Shown here piece after piece: positions 26,581 through 39,195 of a stretch of 64,000 nucleotides of DNA. Numbering within the stretch: the stretch's first letter is position 1; each line of letters starts with the position of its first letter. The stretch covers positions 230,206,001-230,270,000 of the forward strand of contig OZ024740.1 in the NCBI GenBank assembly GCA_964016885.1, read 5' to 3'. The DNA comes from Eledone cirrhosa. Taxonomy: Eukaryota. Made by a program: the position numbers and the translations under genes. The notes beneath the pieces are model-generated. The model did not search any database, had not been told where the DNA came from, and saw only the letters and a program-made list of their open reading frames with translations.

Positions 26581-27229
26581 AGGTATCTTTGTGTGCGTTT
26601 GTATGTATGTGTCTTTGTGTGTGTTTGTGTGCATGTATGTGTATGTGTTTTTGTGTGTATGTATCTTTGTGTGTATGTACGTAAATGTGTATGTATCCTT
26701 GTGTGCATGTACGTAAATGTGTATGTGTTTATGTGTGCATGTGTATTTGTGTGCGTCTTTGTGTATGTGTCTGTGCGCATTTGTAGCATGCCTGTGTATG
26801 TATATGTGTCTACGTGCGTGTTTGTGTGTGGTTGACTAGAAGTGACTTTGCTTGTATGTGTCTATGTGTATGTGTGTGTGTGGAAATGTGTGTGCATGTA
26901 TGTGTGAGTGTCTATTTGTGTGTGATTGTGTGGAAATGAGTGTGCATGTATGTGTGTTGTATGTATACTGTATTTATGTGTATGTATGCTGTGTGTGTGT
27001 GTGTGTTTGTATGCATGTGTACTGTGTATATGTGCTGTATGTTTGTGTATGTGTACTGTGTGAGTGTATATACATATATATATGTGTGTGCAGTGTAAGT
27101 GTACTATGTGTGTGTGTATGTGTGTCGTTGTGTGTCTGTGTGTGTTATTGTGTGAATGTACTGTGTGTCTCTGTGAATGTGTATATATATATATATATAT
27201 GTGTGCTGTGTACATGTACTATGTGTGTA

Positions 27230-27738
27230 TATGTAGTGTGTGTTTGTGTGTTTGTTTGTGTGTGTGTATGTAGTGTGTGTTTGTGTGTGTATGCAGTGTG
27301 TGTTTGTGTGTGTATGTAGTGTGTGTTTGTGTGTGTATGTAGTGTGTGTTTGTGTGTTTGTTTGTGTGTGTGTTTGTGTGTGTATGCAGTGTGTGTTTGT
27401 GTATGTATGTAGTGTGTGTATGTGTGTGTATGTAGTGTGTGTTTGTGTGTTTGTTTGTGTGTTTGTGTGTTTGTTTGTGTGTGTGTATGTAGTGTGTGTT
27501 TGTGTGTGTATGCAGTGTGTGTTTGTGTGTGTATGTAGTGTGTGTATGTGTGTGTATGTAGTGTGTGGTTGTGTGTGTATGTGTGTGTATGTAGTGTGTA
27601 TGTAGTGTGTGTCTGTAGTGTGTATGTAGTGTGTGTCTGTAGTGTGTATGTAGTGTGTGTGTATGTAGTGTGTGTATGTAGTGTGTGTATGTGTGTATGT
27701 GTGTGTATGTAGTGTGTATGTAGTGTGTGTGTGTGTGT
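27230..27738. repeat. Degenerate GT minisatellite (gtgtgtatgtagt-type units)
   Basis: Recurrent atgtagtgtg / atgcagtgtg landmarks. Confidence 0.8.
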
Positions 27739-28166
27739 GGACAGAAGCTTCACAAGACTTCTGTTCCTGGTGAGTCGTCTGGAATGTCTGCTCCCCTACA
27801 CCGTCCCTTAAACACCTCAACATCGACAATGAAGAAGACAGGCGGGCAGACAGATGGTGGTGGGGGGAGGGGGAGAAAGAAAGAAAGAAAGAAAGAAAAG
27901 TGCGAGAGTGAGAGAAAGAATAACTGAATGAATGAAAATAAAGGGAAAAAAATGAGTGATGAGAGAAAGTGAAAGTAAGACAGAGTTTGAGGAAGAAATA
28001 TACAGAGAAAAAGAGTGAAATAGAAAGTGAGAAATAAGAAGGAAAGAGAGAGAGAGGGGGGGGGAGAAAGAAAGAAAGAGAAAGAAAAAAAGAAAGAAAG
28101 AAAGAAAAGTGGGAGAAAAAGAAGAAAATGGACCATGTAAAAAGATGGAGAAAGAGGCAGAGAAAG

Positions 28167-28262
<96 letters not shown>

Positions 28263-28665
28263 GGAAAGAAAAAAGAAAGAAAGAATGAATGAATGAATGA
28301 GAGTGCAAATGGAATGAAAACAGGAGGGGCTGGAAGAAATGGAGAAAGTGCGAGAAAGAAAGAAGAAAAATGAATGAGCGAAAGGAAGGTGAAAAACAAA
28401 GAAAAAAAAGTGAATGCGGGATGAGAAAAAGTGGGAGAGTAAAAAGAAGGAGAAATCGGGAGAAAGTGATAGAAAGAATAAAAATGAATGAAGAATAATA
28501 AAGAATGAGCTCGTAAATAGGGAATGAAAGTAAAGAGAGAGAGAAATTGAGAGAAAGTAAGAGAATGATCGAAGGAAATGAGAAAGAAAGAAAGATAGTG
28601 TTAAATGGATATGGAATGAAGGACACGGAGAAAGTGAGTGAAAAAAAGAAGATAAATGAACGAGT

Positions 28666-28716
<51 letters not shown>

Positions 28717-28821
28717 CGTGAGAGAATATGGAACGAAATAAAATGAACGAGAGAAAAAGAGAATGTTAGAGAAAGAAAGAAGAAAGATGAACGAGCGAAG
28801 AGAGATAGACATGAGAGAGAG

Positions 28822-28920
<99 letters not shown>

Positions 28921-28924
28921 ACGA

Positions 28925-28988
<64 letters not shown>

Positions 28989-29507
28989 GAGGAAGCGTAA
29001 GAGAATGTGGAACGAAACAAAATGAACGAGAGAAAAAGAGAGTGAATGTTAGTATTTACAGAAAGAAAGAAAGAAAGAAAGAGAGGAAGCGTAAGAGAAT
29101 GTGGAACGAAACAAAATGAACGAGAGAAAAAGAGAGTGAATGTTAGTATTTACAGAAAGAAGAAAAATGAACGAGCGAAACTATTAATAAATAGAAAGAG
29201 TAAGTAAATATGGAATGAGAAAAAAAGAGTAAGGGAGAGAAAGAAGGGAGCAGATGAGTCAGAAGTTTCCTTTGTCAGATGGTAGGAACGCGAAGGTAGG
29301 TGTTCGGCTTTAAGTTGGTGGTTGAGTCGACGACGAATGACGGCGAGCTTACGTATGTACGCCAGAGGATGGAGAACAACAATACGGGGAGACAACACCG
29401 CCGTTGTTGAACGACGAAAACGTAAAGAAGAGTACATAGACGATGGGTGGTGTGTAGGTGGCGTTTCGTACGCTATTGGTTGGTGGGCTTGGGGATTGCG
29501 ATTGCGA

Positions 29508-29616
29508 TTTGGGTTAGGGTTTGGGTTTGGGTTTGGGTTTGGGTTAGGGTTTCGGTTAGGGTCTGGGTTGGGGTTGGGGTTGGGGTTTAGGGCTTGGGGT
29601 TTGGGTTTGGGTTTGG
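29508..29616 (+). repeat. Degenerate telomere-like hexamer tract (TTAGGG/TTTGGG/TTGGGG)
   Basis: About 18 G-tract hexamers, including four TTAGGG. Confidence 0.75.
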
Positions 29617-29643
29617 AAGCGACTGTTGTTTAAAGTGATAACG

Positions 29644-29728
<85 letters not shown>

Positions 29729-29741
29729 CATATATATATAC

Positions 29742-29779
<38 letters not shown>

Positions 29780-29794
29780 ATGTCTGTGTATGTA

Positions 29795-29839
<45 letters not shown>

Positions 29840-30087
29840 TGTATATATATATGCATATATGTATGTATGTATGTATATATATATGTATGTGTATATCTAT
29901 ACACACATACATACATACATAAATATGTGTATGTGTGTGTATATATATATATATAAATATTTACATATATATGTGTGTGTGTGTGTGTGCATGTATGTAT
30001 GTATATATGTATGTATGTATGTATGCATGTATGTATGTATATATATGTGTGTGTGTGTGCAAATATGTATGTATATATGTATGTATG

Positions 30088-30121
<34 letters not shown>

Positions 30122-30451
30122 TGTATGTATGTATGTATGTATGTATGTATGTATATGTATGTGTATATACATGTATATCACCCCAAAAAATTTGGGTGAA
30201 AAAAATTAATAAATCGTGACAAATAATAAAATTAAGGGAAATTAAGAGAAAGGGTAGCGGGCAGAAACAGAGAGGAGAGGGAGAGAGAGAGTGAGGGACA
30301 TAGAGAGGGGGTGTTTAAAGGGAGAGAGAATGTTAAATAAGATTCGTACAGAGAATGAAACATTTGGAAAGGAATTGGGTAGAGGAGAAGGAGAAGAAGA
30401 AATAATGATATATAGAGCATGAAAGAAAGAGATGACTTGAGAGAAAAAATG

Positions 30452-30509
<58 letters not shown>

Positions 30510-30967
30510 GGGGAGTGAGAGAGAGAGAGTGAGAGAGTGAGGGAGAGAGAGAGGGTGATGGGGGAGATAGAGATGAGAGAGATAGTGATAGAAATAATGA
30601 TAGAAGGAAAGAGAAAAGGGTTGTTGTTTTTTTAATTAATAGAGTTAATAAGAGAGATAAAGAAATATTGAGTGGAGGGGTGGACATATTGTGACAAAAG
30701 CAAAAAGATATTCGAGAGAGAGAGAGGAAGGGATAACGAGAGAGGAGAGAGAGGTGGGGGTGATAAATGGAACAGAGGTGGGGAGGGGGACCAATGGGCA
30801 GGGGGGATGAGAGAAAGGCGGGAGAGAGGGGAGAGAGATGGGGGGGGGGATATTCGAGAAAGAGTGAGAGGAAGGGGAGAACGAGAGAGGAGAGAAAGGT
30901 GGCGTAAGAGGAGAGAGGGTGAGAAGTGGAAGAGAGAGGTGGAGAAAGGGAGGTGAGGGGAGTGAGG

Positions 30968-31008
<41 letters not shown>

Positions 31009-31441
31009 CGTGAGAGAGAAAGAGGAGGAGAGAGGGAAGAGATGGAGGAAAGAGAGAGGAGAGAGAAAGAGGAGGAGAGAGGGAAGAGAGAGAGGAGAGA
31101 AAGGGGAGAGAGAAGTGGGGGAGAGAGATAGATGGGAGGGGAGAAGAATGTTAGTCAGAAAACATTATCATATCGTCTCCCTCCTTCTACTACCCCCACC
31201 ACCTTTTCAACAATTTACTCATCGCAATCTTATGACACAGATAGTTGCCAATAAGAAGCTGTTTTCAAGCCTATGGTTTAACTTAAATAGAAGTTCTTGT
31301 CTCATTTGTTTGATTTCTTTGATATGTTTTGCTATTTTTCTTCTACATATTTCGTCGCTTCTTGATGCTGTTGTTTGCCCTTATCATTAATTTTGTGGAA
31401 TGGTGATAATAGAATGAGTAGATGGCTGGATTATGTATTGT

Positions 31442-31764
31442 TCCGTAACTCCTGATGGAGTCTTTGCGGCACCGTATTGACACAGCTTTTCTAGGGCATT
31501 TTTAAACCTGGCGGAGCATATCTCTCCAGGTCTAAATACAACAGATTTCTTTTAGCGAAGGACAGAGTGTAAGAGAGAGGAAATTAGAAAGTTATATAAA
31601 CGAAGAATCAACCCCACTACTAGACTGCTACTTTTTTATCGGCCTTGAATGGATGAAAGGCCAGGTTGAATTCGGAGGGATTTGAACTCAGAGAGAAGAG
31701 AGCTGCAACGAATACCCAAAAGCACTCTATCCAATGTTCTAACGACTCTGCCAATTTGCTGCCC
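31442..31764 (-). mobile_element. SINE family 2
   Basis: Same tail-core-head order as 3168-3484. Confidence 0.8.
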
Positions 31765-32230
31765 GATGGCTGGATTAAATGGCCATTAATATTTATCTTT
31801 TATACGCTCGTACTTATACGGCTCCTTAACAATTCTACAAACATACCGCCCGGAACTGGTTCTTAATTTATTGGTAAAAGATAAAATTGACTTCGGTGAG
31901 ATTTGAACTCAGAACGTAGAGAACTTGAATAAATATCGAGGAATTTCATCCGACGCTTTAGCCTCTCTGCCAAAAGGCCGTCTTATTTTGGTCGTTTTAT
32001 AATATTGTTTCCGATTTAGGCAGATGGGCAACAATTTGGGGCGTGGGGAAAGTTGATTAAATTTACCTCAGTGCGTTACTACTCAAAAACCCTTATTTTT
32101 ATTATTCATTTGTGACAAAGATAGAAAAACCATGAACATCTTCTAATCGGAACACACAAACAACGAAAGCATTCGCACAGCTATCAGACAACACGTGGGC
32201 ATCTACAATAGTTTATAACTTTGCCTGTTA

Positions 32231-32538
32231 ATCCGTATGGTGAGCAAATGGGGTCCCACGTGCTGGCTTCCCCACAGCCGCGGCGGACAGGATGGAGAAG
32301 GCGTTTCCCCGGAGGATGGTAAGGGAGATGCGCTGGAAGGGACATTCCAAATTGGCATGGTTCACACCTGCGGCTGGCTAGCTCAGCGCCTATAGTGGTG
32401 AATAGGGAGGTATCCTGAGGCCGAGGACACCAGAAGTCTCCACTGCCAAGGGCACGACCACGAGCCTGTTGGAGAGCGACCGGTACTTGGAGAGTTTGGC
32501 CTCCTCAGCCCGAAGTGCAGCAGTACCTGGGTTAGTCG
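32231..32538 (+). mobile_element. GC-rich interspersed repeat, probable RTE-type 5' UTR
   Basis: Homologous to 1-125 (reverse). A GC-rich island that lies among SINE fragments. Confidence 0.45.
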
Positions 32539-32544
32539 TTACTT

Positions 32545-32683
32545 GTACTTTATTTTGTCAACCCCGTAAGGATGAAAGGCAAAGCTAACTTCGACGGGAT
32601 TTGAACTCAGAATTTAAAGGGCCGTAACTCTATGCCACAAAACATATTGTCTGGTGCTCTACCGGTACTGCTAATCCAGCGCC
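32545..32683 (-). mobile_element. SINE family 1 fragment
   Basis: ccccgtaaggatgaaaggcaaag...gatttgaactcagaa...aagggccgtaactcta. Confidence 0.8.
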
Positions 32684-33595
32684 CTTGGCTGTTATATAAT
32701 ATTAGAAATCATCTTTATTGCATGACCGATTAATGTAAACACAATAGAATAGTGTCTCAGTTTAAGATAGTGTAGCAGCCAGTCAACCGATGTAAGTACG
32801 AGGATGTTTACATTGAACGCAGTCCAGTGTGTAACATGTGTTTCGTAAATGACCAGCTCGGAGCTTCAAGCGGTTACAACCATCTTCGCTCTATGATCGA
32901 TTTGCTAGTCATACGCAATGGAGGTTAGAATCGGAATATGCACATCAATTCACATAAAAGTAATGAGTGCTGAAACAGGTATCATATGGAGTAATTAGAT
33001 TTCTCACTAACTGGCACTATAACTATAATACTGGGGTCACTTCCTCCTCTTTTATATCTTCCTCAATTCCATTCTCTCACTCTCTATCCTTCTCTGGCAG
33101 AACTATGTTGTGTTCAGACCTGAAGAGGAGATGAGCTCCACCAGGTTTAAAAATGCTGTAGAAATGGCGCCGCTGCGATTCCCTCAGGAGTCCATGTATG
33201 TATCCATGTACGAATCCATGTACGAGTCCATGTATGTATGCATTACGCAATACATGAGGGCGTGAATTTCGTCATAGGTTGTTGAAATTTTGACATGGTT
33301 CGCTGCTGCTTTGCCGGGATTACTGTGTGCATCACTGATTTGAATTGCAACAAATTATATTATAGATGTTAACTGTATAGGTTTGTTTTGAGTGTGAGAA
33401 CGAGCGAGACGGGGAGAGAGAGCGAGTGAGAGAGAGAGAAGTAGAGAGAGACAGGGAGAAAAAGAGAGAGTCAGACACATAGACTTTGTGTGCATGTGCC
33501 AATATATGTACGATTTTATGTATGTATGTATATATATATATATATATATATGTGTATGTGTGTGTGTGTGTGTATATATATACATGTATATATAC

Positions 33596-33723
<128 letters not shown>

Positions 33724-33753
33724 GTATATATATATATATGTATATCTATATAT

Positions 33754-33788
<35 letters not shown>

Positions 33789-33836
33789 ATAAAAAATAAA
33801 CCAAAGAAGGCTTCAATACATCAAAAGTCTTTATTA

Positions 33837-33874
33837 GCCAACAATGTTTCGTCCTATTAAGGACTCATCAGGGC
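33837..33874 (-). ncRNA. Minimal hammerhead ribozyme (left arm)
   Basis: Minus strand GCC-CUGAUGA-GUCCU(uaau)AGGAC-GAAA-CAUUG-UU-GGC. Confidence 0.8.
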
Positions 33875-34038
33875 TTATTTTTATCTTTATTATATTATAC
33901 TGTAAACAATATATATATATCGTTTCTGAATTTGTTTAGCAAGATTCTTTATCTGAAATCGTGTGTTGAAACCGATATTGTTATACTTGGCGTAGGATAG
34001 AAGAAAGGAAAGGCACAGAAACGAAGAAAGAAATCCCC

Positions 34039-34083
34039 AGTCACTGAAGAGGTCACAGAGTGTGTGACGAAAGAACTATGACT
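34039..34083 (+). ncRNA. Minimal hammerhead ribozyme (nested element)
   Basis: AGUCA-CUGAAGA-g-GUCACA(gagug)UGUGAC-GAAA-GAAC-UA-UGACU. One unpaired G precedes stem II. Confidence 0.72.
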
Positions 34084-34604
34084 ATATATATATAAACAAC
34101 TATCTGGTTGTGGAACCAACCAACCAACCAGAAATTTATAAATTTGTAAATTTATAAATATTTAATAAATTAAATTGAAGTGAAAGCAACTGGTGCGTGT
34201 GTTTCTTATTGGCAACATGACCCTCCCAAAGTATAACAATATATATATATTTAAATACTTAATAAGTGTTAGTTTGTATTTGTACTAATGTGTATATGTA
34301 TAGAGATATATGTATATATATACATATATTAAGCTTTTTATCATCACCATCTATTTATTATATTATACTCGCATTATATTACCATTTGTGTTTCAAGATT
34401 TTGCATTATGCAATATTTACAATGTGGGTTCAACATGTTAATCACTTCCTTGCTATTTGGTCCATATCTATGTTTGTAACTGCGCACTCTTAATCTTAGC
34501 CAACTTTTCCTTGATATCTTTCCTAAGCTTTAATAGATGTATACTCCATATTCTTCTGAGTTTTTGGCTTGTACTGGCCGATAGTGCTTCTTGTAGCTTT
34601 ACTT

Positions 34605-34642
34605 GCCCTGATGAGTCCTTAATAGGACGAAACATTGTTGGC
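34605..34642 (+). ncRNA. Minimal hammerhead ribozyme (right arm)
   Basis: GCC-CUGAUGA-GUCCU(uaau)AGGAC-GAAA-CAUUG-UU-GGC, with predicted GUU cleavage after 34639. Confidence 0.82.
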
Positions 34643-34782
34643 TAATAAAGACTTTTGATGTATTGAAGGCTTCTTTGGTTTATTTTTTATAATTCTTCGG
34701 CTCTGTTTAATTACATTGAGCTATATCCTATACTGTCATTTCTATAATATGACAGTATAGGATATACTCTAGTATTTTAATT

Positions 34783-34843
<61 letters not shown>

Positions 34844-35002
34844 AATATTGTAAATAAAACCCTTTTTGTACTGTTGACCACGTTATTCTTCACTCTTTCA
34901 CTATATATATATATATATATTAAAATAACAGATTAAAGTTTAAGCAAAGAATCGCTGCTTAGCGAGCCCTCTTTGGATTTTAGTCTTCAAATTTTTTATT
35001 AT

Positions 35003-35072
<70 letters not shown>

Positions 35073-35194
35073 GCATACATGTATATGATAAATTTCATAC
35101 GAATGAAACATTTCTAGTCACGCAGAAGTCATTTCTGTATAGAATAAAGATATATATAAATCGACAACTATATAAATATATATATATATGTGTG

Positions 35195-35407
35195 TGTTTA
35201 TCCCGGGTTCAATCGGGGGGTAACCTCAGTAAGCAGAGTATAAATATTTAATATAGTAATGACTTCTACAGGACTAGAACTGTTTCATTCGGGAGGAATC
35301 ATCAGGTACCCGGGATAAACATATTTTTTAGCACTTTACTGTGCCCCCCTTAACCGTTCTTCCTGATGATTTCTCCCGAATGAAACAGTTCTAGCCCTGT
35401 AGAGACC

Positions 35408-35410
<3 letters not shown>
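35195..35410. mobile_element. Penelope-like family A fragment with inverted segments
   Basis: 35258-35306 is inverted relative to 35362-35410, and 35195-35208 relative to 35308-35321. Lies between (TA)n tracts. Confidence 0.7.
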
Positions 35411-35453
<43 letters not shown>

Positions 35454-35762
35454 AAGAAACATTAGACATAAATAAAAAAAATATAAATACCCAATATTCT
35501 TCTACATTCTCGACTGCGCAGTTTCGTGGCTACTTTGCAAAAATATTACATCATAGAGATGCAGTATTTCTGTGATGTTTGCCAACTTATCAAGAGAATA
35601 CCTCATTTAAAGTTTCAAAATACGTCTGCAAGGCGCGAAAGAGAACCCGGAAAGGCGGAGGGGGAACTTATCACGTGATACAGCGGTCAAGAAACAGAGT
35701 TAAACCTCTTACAACCAAGAGAAAAATACCACAATGGCGTATTCGCATGTATCTGTGTATTT

Positions 35763-35869
<107 letters not shown>

Positions 35870-35998
35870 TGGCTAATCGAAACTGCTCCAATGTGTATAT
35901 AAATTTACAGATATTTAATATTGGTGCAGTCCCGGTTACCCACGCTGGGTGTATGCATCTATAACTTGATCGTACATGTCGGCTGCTTACACACTCAT

Positions 35999-36183
<185 letters not shown>

Positions 36184-36269
36184 CGATGGAAACCTGTACA
36201 TATATATATGATGGAAACCTGTGAATGTGTGCATGCATATGTATACATATGTGTGTGTGTGTGTGTGTA

Positions 36270-36521
36270 CAGTGGAACTGAAAGTATTTACTCATACGAA
36301 ATGTTAAAAGAGAAATACAGTGAAAGAGAGACTCTGTGTGAAAGACAGATACATATCACCATAGTAACTAACTACACAGCAAGTGACACTTTCCTGTCGG
36401 TACTTCAAGCTTGTTCGTACGTTACTTGAGACACCGTTCGTGAAACGAGACGTTTTGTGTTCTGAAAAATTGTTTTTCAACCGATTTGTTCATGATGAGA
36501 GGCGTTCGTGAGGTTCCATTG
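36270..36521. mobile_element. Tc1/mariner (Tigger/pogo-like) MITE
   Basis: TA-cagtggaac ... gttccattg-TA termini, with ttcgt/acgaa subterminal motifs. Confidence 0.65.
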
Positions 36522-36547
36522 TATATATATATATCTGTGTGTGTGTG

Positions 36548-36638
<91 letters not shown>

Positions 36639-36744
36639 AGAGAGAGAGTGGGAGAGAGAGAGAGGGATAAGACACGACTGGCACGTGATAACCACGTTGA
36701 GCTAGATTCGGCTGGAAAATGATAATTTGATATCTTCCTCATAA

Positions 36745-36803
<59 letters not shown>

Positions 36804-37244
36804 ATCTATCTATCTATATATCTCTATCTACTCCCCCCCCTCTCTCTCTCTCAGAGTCATCACACACAGTCCCGACTTAAAGGTCAGTTGTAGAGCAAAA
36901 ATTATCTATAACTAACTACCCGTATATCTATCTTCGGAAAAAAATCATCTATCTATTTACATAACTCTCTGCCTTTCTATCTATCTATCTATCCATCCAT
37001 CAATCTATCTATCTATCTATCTCTCTATCTATCTTTCTGCCTGACGCGTGGAACATCGCCGGTAAGAATTTTTGTAAATTTATATACGAAAAACAGAACA
37101 AATTGTTTGAAAAAACATATTATTTTGTAGATTAACCCCAAGCTGAATTGTCAGCTGGGTGGTAATTCCATTTTTCTCCTCTTTAGGGGCGAAAATTTAA
37201 TTTAAAAATTGTTTTAAAATATCAAATTTTGCAAACTATAAAAC

Positions 37245-39154
37245 ATGAATAACACGAAGGGAACGCTGGAGAACATCAATAGAGAAAAGAGAGAGAAAGA
37301 GGCAGATTTTAACGTTATATCTGCTTCTGCTACTATGGACGTCGCCATAGATACGACTGTCAACAAAGAGGAAAAAATGTTACCACTCGAAAATTGTACA
37401 ATTTCTACCGTCGAAGCAGAGAAAAATAACACTAACTCACATGAAAACACAGAAATTAAACCTATTAACATACATACACATGAAAAAGACATCAACAACT
37501 CCACAGATACATCTACACATAAAGTTTCACCTCGTCAAGGAACTGAGATTTCCAACACCAAGGCTAACAACGATAACAACAACAACAGCAACACCACACA
37601 AAAAAAGAAAATGTCTTTCGCTGAAACAGTGAACAAAAAACAAGATTTTATAAATCTTGACATCTCCAATGCAAGAGATATGCTCCAGCAAGGGAGAAAA
37701 TTTGTAACTTTCGAAGAGAAAGGTAGGTTTAGAATTAACTCACCCTTGAAATAAAGGAAGACATAGTTCGAAGATCAGTCACCTTTAGGACTGTGTCCAA
37801 TTACACGAGAAAGCCGATATTTGTTAGTCAAGGAGATATAGAAGCTACTTTCAAGGAAATTCTAGCAAATATCGATTTTCTCCAACGAGGAAAACAGTAC
37901 GAAAGTGCTTCCGTACTGTTTCAAAGCAAGGCACTCGCCCAAAAACATTCTGTGACACCAATGGTGTCAAAAGCATTCACCTTTTTCCCTACATACATGG
38001 GAAAAAGGACACAAAAAATAAAAATAAAAAATATACCCCCAAACATTAACATCTGGTGGATCTTGGCTGGCTTCATAGAGCCAGAAACTGATATGATTCT
38101 TTCGATACGAAAGTCTATTCGACAAAGGTGGGCGGGTACTGATTTGGAGATTCTGTTGCAAATGAGGCCGGAGAGAATCTCCAAAATACCCGAAAGAGTC
38201 GTCATCGATGATAACAACAAAATAAACATTTCGGTAGAAGGACGAACATTTCATTGCTTTCGCTGTGGTAGCACAGCACACCTAAAAGTCTCTGGTCCTT
38301 CACAAACACACAACAACATCATTAAAAAAACACTATTACCAACACCAACACCAAAACAACCACCACCACCACAAGTACAACGACAGTCGAAACGAGCAAC
38401 CACACCAAAACAAACAGACACTCAACCAAAAACAACAGAAAAAAACAGAGACACACCCCTGAAGAACACAGCCCCAACCCATCCCACTCCATCAAACACT
38501 ACCACAAACACACACGCCGAAACACCACCACCACACAAAATACCCCTACCCCACACACCTGACGATGATTATTCATCGACTGATGAAGCTGCTTCTGCTT
38601 CTTTAAGTGAAGAAGAGGGAGAGCCGCGGAAATCTAAAAAACAAAAAAAGAGACACCACAAAACCCCCAAAACTCCAATCACCAACACCAACACACAACC
38701 ACAGACACAAAAAACAACACAAACAGCACCACAGTCAAACATCCCCCTACGAGCAAAACCAACACCAACACCACCCCAAACACAAGCACCCACCATAAAA
38801 AGAAAACTCCCGGACGAACAACAAACTAAAACAACACAACAAAAACACAAACAACAATACGCATACATCAACACAAACAACAAGAATTTGATGGAGGTCA
38901 TTTCCCAAAACCCCAAGGTGGAGACGGAGGGCAAAACTTTCGTCAAGGCAGAATCGTCTCTACACCTTAAACTTATAAGGGTTTCTATGGAAACCTATAA
39001 TGACCTAAAAAATAAATTTTCACAGGACGTGGGCAAACCCTGCCAGAAACCCATCAACCGCGTCCTGTTAAAATGTTTCCCCACTCCACCCAACACCCCA
39101 TCCAGCACCCAAATGGAGATTGAACAACCGGTTCTCCAGGAAACGAAAAGGTAA
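37245..39154 (+). pseudogene. Tx1-type ORF1 (gag-like nucleic acid-binding protein), one frameshift near 37750
   Basis: MSFAETV motif and a zinc knuckle CFRCGSTAHLKVSG (last Cys mutated), followed by a long P/T/Q/K-rich tail. Lies immediately upstream of ORF2. Confidence 0.8.
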
Positions 39155-39195
39155 GTGCACCTATCGCCCTTTTTCTCCAACTCTTCTTCATCAAC

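Larger units (their letters stand above)
33786..34693. mobile_element. Penelope-like element with 89-bp inverted termini (33786-33874 / 34605-34693), each with an intact hammerhead
   Basis: The arms are reverse complements with about one mismatch. Flanked by long (TA)n tracts. A second HHR-bearing fragment is nested inside. Confidence 0.85.

Noticed and set aside
29508-29616. True telomere or chromosome-fusion site
   Set aside because: Short, mostly variant hexamers in one orientation, with no head-to-head junction.
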